From: a bacterium | GTDB taxonomy: Bacteria > UBP6 > JAFGXH01 | Reading direction: 5' to 3' | Length of the DNA: 45,929 bases | NCBI GenBank assembly: GCA_016936735.1 | Contig: JAFGXH010000267.1 | Location: forward strand, 1 to 45,929 | Shown here: positions 7,453-16,533 of the stretch, piece after piece | Position numbering within the stretch: the first letter of the stretch is position 1 | Layout of the letters: every line of letters begins with the position of its first letter | The notes under the pieces: generated by a model | The model's database searches: none | What the model saw: the letters and a program-made list of their open reading frames with translations, nothing else | Told to the model about the DNA's origin: nothing | Program-made: the position numbers and the translations under genes

Positions 7453-10409
7453 GATATCTACTATTTATTATTCTATTTTTAATAAACTTCTCCCTCTTCT
7501 CTTGGAATGGGAAAACACATGTCTCTCTTGGTAGAGAGGTATTAAATAGTATTGTTGATAAAACAGGTACTGCAAATGGTGTACATATTGATGGTTATGA
7601 TATCACTCTCAATGGTGGTCAAAAAGTTATAAGTGATTTTGAGATATTAAATTCAATAAAAAGCTATCCATCCTATTTTCTTGCAGGTAATATAGGTCCA
7701 GATGGTTTTCCTGATGTATTTACTGGTCAAATGGCAACACATGAAGAGAATACTAAAAATGTTGTTGATAGAAAAAATCAGATAGATTTTAAAAAGCTTA
7801 TGAAATACACTTGTGAAAAATTTGGAGAGGAGTCAATTAAATATAGTGAGTGCAAAGAGGATATTAAAAAAATTCTTTGTGAACAGTTTGGAAAAGATGA
7901 GTATGTTAGAAACTGTTATGAATCTATACGATATATGGAGGAGTCTCAAACTATTCCAACATTTCCAAACACAAACCACTCAAAAGGAACTGTTTTAGGT
8001 AAAAGTCTTCTAAAAAAAATCCCATACAAATATAGAACCCCATATTTTTGGAGAATGATTGATTGGGGACAATATCTATTAGAGTCTGCACTTCAACCAC
8101 TTTACTATAGACAAACTAGTGATGGTGCTATTATAAAAAGCTCTCATCCTGTTTGGAAAGCTGTGAGTAATAGAGAGGCATCTCATATTAATGAAAAATA
8201 TTTAGAGAAAAATAGTAATGGTGACTATATTATTAGTGATAGAGAGTTGGCAAAAGATTTAAGATCTCAGGCAATTGCCTTCTCTTATGGCTATTTAAAT
8301 CATATTGCATCTGATGCTTTTGGTCATGAATATATTAATAAATTTGTTGGAAACTACTTTGATTTAGAGGATTTATCAGATTTAACACAAGAGACAACAC
8401 ATCTTGCTCTTGAGGAGTATGTTGCTTTTATTATAAGACCTTGGTTATTTCAAACAGTGATTAATGGATATACAAAAAAAAGTATTAATAATGGTCAAAC
8501 AAAAATAGAAGCTTGTGAAATAACAGATCCTTTTAAAAAAATTCCAGCAGGTTGTGAAAAAAATAGTGGAGGAACTATTGTTCCTTTTGAATTAAAGCAG
8601 AATATCCCATTAAACAATTTGGATATTCCTGTTGTTTTTTTAGCAGAAACAATGATGTCAAAAGATATAGAGAAGGCATCTCCATTAAGTTATCACATAA
8701 AACTATTTCAAGAGATTATTAGTTTTGTTGATGATTTTGAGGATAAACTTGCATTTGGTTATAAATGTTCAGATAGCTCTGAATGTGAATCTTTTGGAGA
8801 AAACTCTTTTTGTGGTGAAAATGGATACTGTTCTGGATCATTCTCTTTATCATACAAAGTATTGAATGATAGTTGTTCTGAACCAATAACTCCATCACTT
8901 TCAGCCTACTTTTTTAATGAGTGTGTCACTATTGGAAGATTAGGTGATATGAGTGGATTAGAGAGATGTTTAGGTGATTTAAAGAATTTTCTTCTATTCT
9001 CCTATTTAAAAGGTGTTCGAGAGAGAACAAAAGAGGGTGTTTATAGATGGGTTACTAAAAGTCGTGATATAATGAAGTATGGAATTATTGCTGATGAGGA
9101 GTTGAATGATTATCGAGTTGAGAAAAAAGAGTGTGGTGTATCAACACCAATTTCAGATGAGTATGGCTATTTGATTAATCCAGATTGCTCTTTTTCTGAT
9201 ATTGATTATGATGAAAATACTCTTGGTGATTACTACTCAGATGGAAGAGCATTTGAGTGTCAACTTGATGAAAGTAGAAATAAACATTATTGCAAACCAA
9301 GAGGTGGAAGATTAAATGCAATAAATCATGTAAAAAGCTATGTTGATATTTTAAACTATATTCTAAAACCAGATGAAAACTCCGATTTAATACAGCTTTT
9401 TGAACATGCCTGTGATAATATAAATAGATATAACTATGTTGATATCTGTGAATATAGTAAAGGATTACTAAAAGATGAGGTAAAAACTCTTATTAATGAG
9501 ACTCAATCACTGCTTATTCAAAGAGTAAAAAACTATATGAAACCATTAAGCAAAATGATTACAAAAATAAATGAGATTATTTATAAAATTCCAAGAGATC
9601 CTGAAAAAATCTTTAACATGGCATTCTGCACATCAAAAGAGGATATCTCAAACTGTATAAAATCTTGTGATATAGGAATATTTGATGGAACTGTTCCAGA
9701 CTCTCTATTTTTTGAAACAAATATAAAAGTTAGAGGTGGTGTTTGTAATCAATGTAATTTTAGTTATGATGAGTGTCCAAATGCAAAAAAAGCAAAAGAG
9801 AGAGTTTTTTATGAGATGGGATTGTTAATCCCAAAAGTGGCATTTGGTCTTAATATTTACTCTCTTTATGGAGAAAATGAGATAGAGTTAGATAAACCAT
9901 GTGCTCAAAATGAGGGAAGATTCTCATGCTACATGAAAAAAATGCTTGTTGCTGGAAAAAGGGCAAGTGCAATGAGAGATCCAAAAGATAGTGATTTTTA
10001 TCAGCATTCACCATTTTTAAATATGGCTCCACTGCATAACAGTTTGCAACTTAATAAACTCTCTTTGATTACTAAATCAAATATGGATGATCTATTTATT
10101 GATTTTGGTAAAAATATTAATGAATCATCCTGTTCAACTGTAGATAATTTTATATATGAATCAAAAAATGCAAGATTTTGTTTAAGTCAACCTCTTAATA
10201 AAACATGTATTGATAGAGGAGTTGAGTTAGCACATTGCACTAAAGATGATAGTGATTTATATTCAGAGCTTTTTATAGAGGATAAAGATGATTTTATTAA
10301 AGAAAAAGAGTTTGGAAGAGTCTCAACTGTAGGTGGTTCTGTATCTGTTATCACAATTCTCTGTCCAAAATGTCCTAAAAATATCTCTCAATATCTTGTA
10401 AAAGAGTAA
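7449..10409 (+). CDS. Secreted Zn-dependent phospholipase C / S1-P1 nuclease superfamily protein with large Cys-containing extensions
   Basis: Signal peptide ending SLFS followed by mature N-terminal WNGKTH; GNIGPD; YGYLNHIASDAFGH; HLALE, matching the W..H / D / HxxxD..H / HxxxE trinuclear-Zn ligand pattern. Confidence 0.75.
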   Translation: MRYLLFIILFLINFSLFSWNGKTHVSLGREVLNSIVDKTGTANGVHIDGYDITLNGGQKVISDFEILNSIKSYPSYFLAGNIGPDGFPDVFTGQMATHEENTKNVVDRKNQIDFKKLMKYTCEKFGEESIKYSECKEDIKKILCEQFGKDEYVRNCYESIRYMEESQTIPTFPNTNHSKGTVLGKSLLKKIPYKYRTPYFWRMIDWGQYLLESALQPLYYRQTSDGAIIKSSHPVWKAVSNREASHINEKYLEKNSNGDYIISDRELAKDLRSQAIAFSYGYLNHIASDAFGHEYINKFVGNYFDLEDLSDLTQETTHLALEEYVAFIIRPWLFQTVINGYTKKSINNGQTKIEACEITDPFKKIPAGCEKNSGGTIVPFELKQNIPLNNLDIPVVFLAETMMSKDIEKASPLSYHIKLFQEIISFVDDFEDKLAFGYKCSDSSECESFGENSFCGENGYCSGSFSLSYKVLNDSCSEPITPSLSAYFFNECVTIGRLGDMSGLERCLGDLKNFLLFSYLKGVRERTKEGVYRWVTKSRDIMKYGIIADEELNDYRVEKKECGVSTPISDEYGYLINPDCSFSDIDYDENTLGDYYSDGRAFECQLDESRNKHYCKPRGGRLNAINHVKSYVDILNYILKPDENSDLIQLFEHACDNINRYNYVDICEYSKGLLKDEVKTLINETQSLLIQRVKNYMKPLSKMITKINEIIYKIPRDPEKIFNMAFCTSKEDISNCIKSCDIGIFDGTVPDSLFFETNIKVRGGVCNQCNFSYDECPNAKKAKERVFYEMGLLIPKVAFGLNIYSLYGENEIELDKPCAQNEGRFSCYMKKMLVAGKRASAMRDPKDSDFYQHSPFLNMAPLHNSLQLNKLSLITKSNMDDLFIDFGKNINESSCSTVDNFIYESKNARFCLSQPLNKTCIDRGVELAHCTKDDSDLYSELFIEDKDDFIKEKEFGRVSTVGGSVSVITILCPKCPKNISQYLVKE

Positions 10410-10523
10410 TAATAAAAAACTATTCAGCAGAGTTTAAATTTTAAATAAAAAATAAAACAACATTCAGATATAAATTCATGAGACTATCCGATTTTAAGAA
10501 AAATAATTGCAAAAATCCAGATA

Positions 10524-10548
10524 TATAATATAATATAATATAATATAA
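10524..10548 (+). repeat. (TATAA)5 microsatellite in the rpn upstream region
   Basis: Five tandem TATAA units giving several TATAAT boxes downstream of TTGCAA (10507..10512). Confidence 0.7.
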
Positions 10549-11323
10549 ACAGTTGTATTTATGGATTTAATAATGCCAACAAAAAGAAAACCTATTGTTC
10601 ATCAAACAGAGGATAAGATATTAAAAAGACTATTCTCAAATGAGATAATCGTAAAAGAGTTTATTCAAGATTTTGTAAAAGAGGATTTTGTAAAAGATTT
10701 AAATCTGGATAGTATGAAACTACTTCCAAATGAATTTTATAACAGAGGAGTTAAAAAGCTACTCATCAGATTGTTTATGGGAGATTAAATATAAAAAAAC
10801 GAAAGTATATTTAATAATATTAATTGAGTTTCAATCAGCAGTTCATAACTTCATGCAACTTAGATTTTTGAACTATATAACACAAATATATTTAAAATTA
10901 GTAAAACAGAATAAACCAATGAAAAGTTTACCATTTATATTTCCTGTTCTGTTTTATACAGGAAATAAAGAGTGGAAAAAATCAAATAGATTTCATGATT
11001 TGATAGATATAAATTATGAAAGTGTTAAAAAATATATTCCTAATTTTGAGTATTTTAATTTTAATGTTTCAAAACAGAATTTAAACAATTTAAAAGAGAT
11101 GGATTCAATCCTAAGTCAACTTCTGGCAATTGATTTGGAGGAGAATATTGAGGAGTATAATGATTTTCTGCAAAAAATAAGGGTGATTTCAGAAAAATTG
11201 CTGAAAAAAGAGCAAAGAGATGTTTTGTTTAAAGAGATATCACTTTATTTACAACATAAAGCAGAAAACTATTTAGATCTTAATGTTGAAGAGATTGAGG
11301 ATATATTAAATGGAGGAGATACA

Positions 11324-11515
11324 ATGATAGCAAAAGGTTTAAAAAAAGTTATTGAAAGAAGTAAAAAGGAGGGATTTGAGGAGGGAGCCTATTTGGAAAA
11401 AATACAGATAGCAAAAGAGCTTCTTTTAAATGGAACAAATACTGTTTTTGTTGCAAAAATCACAAAGCTTTCAATTGAGGAGATTGAAAAACTAAAAAAA
11501 GAGATGGAGAGTTAA
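11324..11515 (+). CDS. Internal small Rpn C-terminal protein (RpnS-type, 63 aa)
   Basis: In-frame GGAGGAGATACA-ATG inside the rpn gene; product MIAKGLKK...LSIEEIEKLKKEMES. Confidence 0.65.
   Translation: MIAKGLKKVIERSKKEGFEEGAYLEKIQIAKELLLNGTNTVFVAKITKLSIEEIEKLKKEMES
11466..11515 (+). repeat. 50-bp direct repeat, copy 2
   Basis: Identical to 195..244. Confidence 0.95.
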
Positions 11516-11636
11516 TATCTCCCTATCTTTAGAATAATATTTTTATAAACCAAAGCACTTTTAATAAAAATAAAACATTAGCTTGTTATTATTATACAGA
11601 TTATTTATTTGTTAAAAATATTTGAAAAAATTCGGA

Positions 11637-11679
11637 AAAGAATGTCACACTTTCTATCCTATAAATTGTGACATTCTTT
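11637..11679. promoter_or_regulatory. Perfect 13-bp inverted repeat (protein-binding site or hairpin)
   Basis: AAAGAATGTCACA-17 nt-TGTGACATTCTTT. Confidence 0.55.
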
Positions 11680-11834
11680 ATAAAAATAGAGATTATTATA
11701 AATATTTTCATTTTTTTGTAATAATTTTTTTTATTTTTCTTAATTTTTATTTATTTAAAAAACTCTTCTTTTATTCTAAAATATAAAAAATATAGCAATT
11801 ATCTTTTTAAATGAACAAAAATATATATCAATTT

Positions 11835-11860
11835 CAGCGGGTTAAAACCACGCTGTTCAT
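11835..11860. repeat. REP-like palindrome, copy 1
   Basis: CAGCGGGTTAAAACCACGCTGTTCAT, similar to 28413..28437. Confidence 0.6.
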
Positions 11861-11957
11861 TTATTTTAATGAACAGGGTATTTTAATTCCCTACAAGAAT
11901 AAAAAAAAATTTATTCATGTGGATGCGAGTAACTTAATTTTATGATTTAATAAAAAC

Positions 11958-11974
11958 TTGGAAAATTAGTTGCT
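11958..11974 (+). promoter_or_regulatory. Candidate sigma54 (-24/-12) promoter
   Basis: TTGGAAAATTAGTTGCT = GG-N10-GC, about 33 nt before ATG 12008; the CACG part of the consensus is not matched. Confidence 0.4.
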
Positions 11975-12007
11975 AAAACCTACTCAGTTTTTATTATGGA
12001 GATTTTT

Positions 12008-13402
12008 ATGAAAAAGTTAGTTTTACTTATTGTATTATCATTAACAATTTTGGTTAGTGGTTGTGAAGAGACAACAACATCTCGTAATCCAGAGGAGGCT
12101 CAAAAAAAAGTTACACTAGGAAATGAGTTTATGGAGACAAAAATTAATGAGGTGATTAATATTGAGTCTAAAACCAAAGGAGAGATGGATAAAATCGATT
12201 TTAGAGCTGCAAATGAGCTCTATAAAGAGGCTATTGAAGAGGATGATGAAAATCTTGATGCACATTTGGGTGCTGCAGTTACTGAAGTGTTAACTATTTT
12301 TCAAAAAGATGAGTTTAAAAAATTGAGAGATGCATGGTTTGATTTTGATGATATTTATGATGGTGAACTTGTAAATGCAGAGATGAATAAAAAAGTTTTT
12401 AATGTTTTACCATTTATTAACACTGAACTTCTTCCAGTTGTAGATTACTCTTTAGAGAGACTTCAAATAGTTGAAAAAAAATCTGATTATACTTTTACAA
12501 TCACTTCAAGAATGATGGGAGGTGATAGTAATCCAGAGAGTTATAACTATGAAACACCAAGAGAGATTGATGTTACAGATATTAAATTTGCAATTGCCTC
12601 TTTACATCTACTAAAGGGCTTTATTGCAATATCAAATGCCTATGAGATAACTCTTCCATCATATAGTATTAATGATATTGCAACAGCATTAAACAAAGAT
12701 GGTGCCCTATTAAAACTTAAAAATGGTGCAAAAATGGGTGAGGCTTTAGCTCAATTTCGTCTTGCTGTTGATAAAGCTTTAGATGGAATTGACTCTCTTT
12801 TGGGTGAAACAGATGTGCAATCAAATGATTTAATTAGTAATCATCATTTAGATGAGATTAATCAAGTTAAAGAGACTCTTCAAAAAATTAAATCAGTTCT
12901 TACAGAACCATATAGATTAGCTTTTGCTGGTAACAAAGAACTTTTAATTGATTTAGTATCTTTTATGCAAAACCCTCCAGTAAATCTAAAAGCACTTTTA
13001 CCTCAATATAGTGTTACTGTTGGTGAGTATAGTAATTTAGAATTCGAATTTATTAAACCTATTGAAATTCCAGATTTCACTTTTGGTTCACTTTTTCCAC
13101 AACAAACAACACAAGAGGCTTGGGAAGATTTTGGAAAAGCTTTAGTTTGTGATGATGAGTTTGGTTTAGTTTGTGAAGAGAGTTGCTATAACCATACTGG
13201 CTCATATAAATTTTGTGATGAATCATGGGGTGAAGAGTGTTCATTAGAGTATTGCCAAGATTATGCAAGTTATGATGAAAATTGTGACTGTTTTGAAAAT
13301 GGTGATAATACAGTTTGTTATGTTGAGTATAATGATTGGGATTGTGAAGAGAGTGGAGATGTTTGTATACCAACAAGATTTGCAAATGAGTGTGGTGAAT
13401 AA
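12008..13402 (+). CDS. Lipoprotein with N-terminal TPR-like motif, helical core and Cys/acidic C-terminal tail
   Basis: GGAG RBS then MKKLV...LVSGC lipobox (start 12008 preferred over 11996); ANELYKEAIEEDDENLDAHLGAA TPR-like motif. Confidence 0.75.
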   Translation: MKKLVLLIVLSLTILVSGCEETTTSRNPEEAQKKVTLGNEFMETKINEVINIESKTKGEMDKIDFRAANELYKEAIEEDDENLDAHLGAAVTEVLTIFQKDEFKKLRDAWFDFDDIYDGELVNAEMNKKVFNVLPFINTELLPVVDYSLERLQIVEKKSDYTFTITSRMMGGDSNPESYNYETPREIDVTDIKFAIASLHLLKGFIAISNAYEITLPSYSINDIATALNKDGALLKLKNGAKMGEALAQFRLAVDKALDGIDSLLGETDVQSNDLISNHHLDEINQVKETLQKIKSVLTEPYRLAFAGNKELLIDLVSFMQNPPVNLKALLPQYSVTVGEYSNLEFEFIKPIEIPDFTFGSLFPQQTTQEAWEDFGKALVCDDEFGLVCEESCYNHTGSYKFCDESWGEECSLEYCQDYASYDENCDCFENGDNTVCYVEYNDWDCEESGDVCIPTRFANECGE

Positions 13403-13413
13403 AATAGGATTTT

Positions 13414-14679
13414 GTGATACTATATCTTTTACTTCTTTTTAATATTCAATTAAGTAGTGATAACTCTTTTTACTCAAATATAGAGTATCTACCAATTAGC
13501 AACAAAAAAAACTATCTCTATTTTTATAAAAGTGAATTTGGATTAACTTATAAAAAATCAGAAAATCAGAGCATCTTTTTATCTTATCAATATAACTCTA
13601 TAAATAGCCTACTATCTGATAAAAATTGGAATTTTTCATGTAATTTTAATCATAATAAAATCAAATTTGGCTCTGTTTTAAAGAAAAGTTACTATAAAAC
13701 CCCAATATATTTTATATATTCAGATAGTGGTGTTGGTTTTGGAACTGGTTTGATAGTTGAGAAGATAAATTATAAGCTATCTATGTTTTATGAAAGATTT
13801 CAAAATGCTGAAACTGGTGAATTTAACTATCAATTAGATAAAATTCCACATAGATTAAGTAGTCTAAATTCAGTTTTCGAGATATCTTTTGAGTTTCAAG
13901 ATGTTTTAAAACTTTATTGGAAACGAATAGAGTTAAGTAATAAAAATAGTGAACAAAACAGTTTCTATTATAAAAACTCAAATTTTTTTGAGTTTGGTTA
14001 TATAAAATTTAGTAATTTAGATCTATTTTTGAAAAAGAGTGATTATAAAAGCTTTTTTAGCTCTATCTATTTTGATTTTTTATTAGGTTATGCTTCAACT
14101 AAAAATAGATTATTAAGTGAAATGGATACTATTCCCACTCTTTTACTATCTCAAAAAGATAGTTCGGAGCTTTTTTTTGGATACTCTCTTTTAGGATACA
14201 ATTTTATTTCTGTTTTTGCAGGTTTTTTAAATGGAAGTGATATCGATTTTTTTGGTTATATTGACTCTTGGCCATTTGAAAACTCTATTCAGCAGTTTAT
14301 AAGTGGAAAACTAAGATTTGAAGGGGTTGGAGAGTTAAATCTATATTTATATGGTTTATTTTTAAGTTTTAAAAATATTGATATAACTCTTTTAAAAGGA
14401 GATATTAATATTAATTTTGACTATAGTTACTTTTCAAAAGGAGTTTGGGGAGTTGGAGAGATTCCTATAACAAATAAATTTTTCAAAAAAACTCTCTCTT
14501 TTTATCTTTTAGGTATTAACTATAAAAATATTTTAAAATTTGGTAGATATGAGATATCATTTTACCAATTGATTCCCAGTAAGAGTACAAACTCCACCCA
14601 AAATATAAGTGAACAAGATTTCAACAATAGTAAATCGGGTGGATATTATATCAAATTCAGTTACTTTATTGATTTCTAG
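13414..14679 (+). CDS. Putative outer-membrane beta-barrel protein
   Basis: Aromatic-rich amphipathic strands, ends GGYYIKFSYFIDF; GTG start with AGGA RBS, 11 nt after the lipoprotein gene. Confidence 0.6.
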   Translation: MILYLLLLFNIQLSSDNSFYSNIEYLPISNKKNYLYFYKSEFGLTYKKSENQSIFLSYQYNSINSLLSDKNWNFSCNFNHNKIKFGSVLKKSYYKTPIYFIYSDSGVGFGTGLIVEKINYKLSMFYERFQNAETGEFNYQLDKIPHRLSSLNSVFEISFEFQDVLKLYWKRIELSNKNSEQNSFYYKNSNFFEFGYIKFSNLDLFLKKSDYKSFFSSIYFDFLLGYASTKNRLLSEMDTIPTLLLSQKDSSELFFGYSLLGYNFISVFAGFLNGSDIDFFGYIDSWPFENSIQQFISGKLRFEGVGELNLYLYGLFLSFKNIDITLLKGDININFDYSYFSKGVWGVGEIPITNKFFKKTLSFYLLGINYKNILKFGRYEISFYQLIPSKSTNSTQNISEQDFNNSKSGGYYIKFSYFIDF

Positions 14680-14830
14680 TAAAATAATTTTATATTTTTT
14701 TTGATCTTTAAAATAAAGTTTAGAGTGAAAAAAGAAAATATAAATATAATGTTGACAAAAAATAGATTTATATTGTTTTTAATAGTTGATTTGTGATAAA
14801 TAGATTTGTTTTTCTTTTGTAGAGTAAACA

Positions 14831-16018
14831 ATGGTTATTGTATTTATTTTAACTTTTGGGGTGATTTTCTTTTTTTGGCTTGAGTACTTTCTTCATGTAA
14901 AACATCTAAAATCCATAAAAATTAGAGTTCATGTTAATGGCACTCGAGGAAAATCATCAGTAACTCGTCTTATTGCTGCTGCTTTAAGAGAGAATGGTAT
15001 TAAAACTTTTGCAAAAACAACTGGAACTTTGCCAAGAATGATTCTTGATGATGAGAAGGAGTATCCAATATATCGTCCATCAAAAGCAAATATTATTGAG
15101 CAGGTTAGAATTGTTACTTTTGCTTCGTTAAACAGTGCAGAGGCCTTAGTAATTGAGTGTATGGCTTTACAACCAAGACTACAATCTTTGGCTGAACTAA
15201 AATTAGTAAAAGCAACTCATGGTGTTATTACAAATGCAAGACCTGACCATCTGGATGTAATGGGACCAGAGGAGAAAGATGTTGCACTTGCACTACTTGC
15301 AACAACACCAAAACAGGGTAAGCTGTTTACTGCAGAAAGAGATTACCGTGAAACATTTAAAATGGCCTGTGATGACAGAAAAACAGCTCTTAATATTGTT
15401 GAGGAGAGTGAATTAGATGAAATTACAGATGAAGAGTTACTAGGATTCTCTTATGTTGAGCATAAAGAGAATATTGCTCTTGCTCTTAAAGTTTGCAAAG
15501 ATATTGGTCTACCAAGAGATATCTCTTTAAGAGGTATGACTAAAGTTAAACCAGACCCTGGAGCTATGACAGAGCATAAAGTTAACTTTTTTGGAAGAGA
15601 TATTGTTTTTGTTAATGGTTTTGCTGCAAATGATCCTGAATCAACAGAGAGAATTTGGAATATGGCAGTTACAAAACATTCAGAATATGCTAAAAAGATA
15701 ATGATTGTTAATTGTCGTTCAGATAGACCTGATAGAACTAGACAATTGGCAGAGGTTGTAACTCAATGGAGTCCTGCAGATAACTATGTTCTTGTTGGTT
15801 CTGGAACATATATTTTTGTAAAAATAGCGGTTAAACTTGGTGTGGATCCTCGAATAATTATTAATGGTGAGGATATGAGTACTGAGAAGGTTGTTGAGGA
15901 GATTTTAGGATTAATTAGAAAAAGTGCAATGGTTATGGGAATTGCAAATATTGCTGGTCCAGGTCTTGAATTAACAGCCTATTTTAAAAATAGAGCCATA
16001 ATTGAGGATGAAGAGTAA
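14831..16018 (+). CDS. pgsB: Poly-gamma-glutamate synthase PgsB/CapB
   Basis: N-terminal TM; RVHVNGTRGKSSVTRLI, KTTGT, IECMALQP, TNARPDHLDVMGP, FAANDPEST. Confidence 0.95.
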   Translation: MVIVFILTFGVIFFFWLEYFLHVKHLKSIKIRVHVNGTRGKSSVTRLIAAALRENGIKTFAKTTGTLPRMILDDEKEYPIYRPSKANIIEQVRIVTFASLNSAEALVIECMALQPRLQSLAELKLVKATHGVITNARPDHLDVMGPEEKDVALALLATTPKQGKLFTAERDYRETFKMACDDRKTALNIVEESELDEITDEELLGFSYVEHKENIALALKVCKDIGLPRDISLRGMTKVKPDPGAMTEHKVNFFGRDIVFVNGFAANDPESTERIWNMAVTKHSEYAKKIMIVNCRSDRPDRTRQLAEVVTQWSPADNYVLVGSGTYIFVKIAVKLGVDPRIIINGEDMSTEKVVEEILGLIRKSAMVMGIANIAGPGLELTAYFKNRAIIEDEE

Positions 16019-16059
16019 AATTTTTTAAATGAACATTTCCCTATTTTTAAGGAGGAATT

Positions 16060-16533
16060 GTGGATGATGTTTTAATGATTACCAATATTGTGACATTGTC
16101 AATAACAATAGGGCTTATTGTAAGTCTTATTTTTTCTGAATTTTTCGGAATTGCAGCTGGTGGAATGGTTGTTCCTGGTTATATGGCTCTTTTTATAAAT
16201 AAGCCAACAGTGATTGTTTTAACTCTATTAATAAGTTTTCTTACCTATTTTATTGTTCACTCTCTTAGCTCATTTATGATTATTTATGGAAGAAGAAGAA
16301 CTGTTTTAATGATTTTAATTGGATTTATTCTTGGTTGGTTTATAAAAACTATTGGTACAATACCTCTAGGAACTGCATCAATTGATTTAAATGTTGTTGG
16401 ATATATTATTCCAGGTCTCATTGCTATTTGGATTGATCGTCAAGGTGCAATTGAGACATATTCAGCACTTATAACATCAAGTATTGTTGTAAGATTAATT
16501 CTTCTATTAGTTGTTGGTGCGGAGGTGTTATGA
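16060..16533 (+). CDS. pgsC: Poly-gamma-glutamate biosynthesis membrane protein PgsC/CapC
   Basis: GGMVVPGYMAL, IYGRRR, GYIIPGLIA motifs; multiple TM helices. Confidence 0.93.
   Translation: MDDVLMITNIVTLSITIGLIVSLIFSEFFGIAAGGMVVPGYMALFINKPTVIVLTLLISFLTYFIVHSLSSFMIIYGRRRTVLMILIGFILGWFIKTIGTIPLGTASIDLNVVGYIIPGLIAIWIDRQGAIETYSALITSSIVVRLILLLVVGAEVL

Larger units (their letters stand above)
10561..11515 (+). pseudogene. Rpn family (Transposase_31/YhgA-like) nuclease, frameshifted near 10735
   Basis: ORF 10561..10788 (DKILKRLFS...LLPNEF) continues in another frame as ITEELKSYSSDCLWEI...LIEFQS...MQLRFLNY; removing one T from GAATTTTATAACA restores a single ORF. Confidence 0.85.

Noticed and set aside
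1-11515. Composite transposon bounded by two IS copies
   Set aside because: The rpn genes match only over their last ~50 bp, no terminal inverted repeats or target duplication are visible, and Rpn proteins are not shown to transpose
14752-14783. Sigma70 promoter for pgsB at TTGACA 14752
   Set aside because: No acceptable -10 at 16-18 nt spacing
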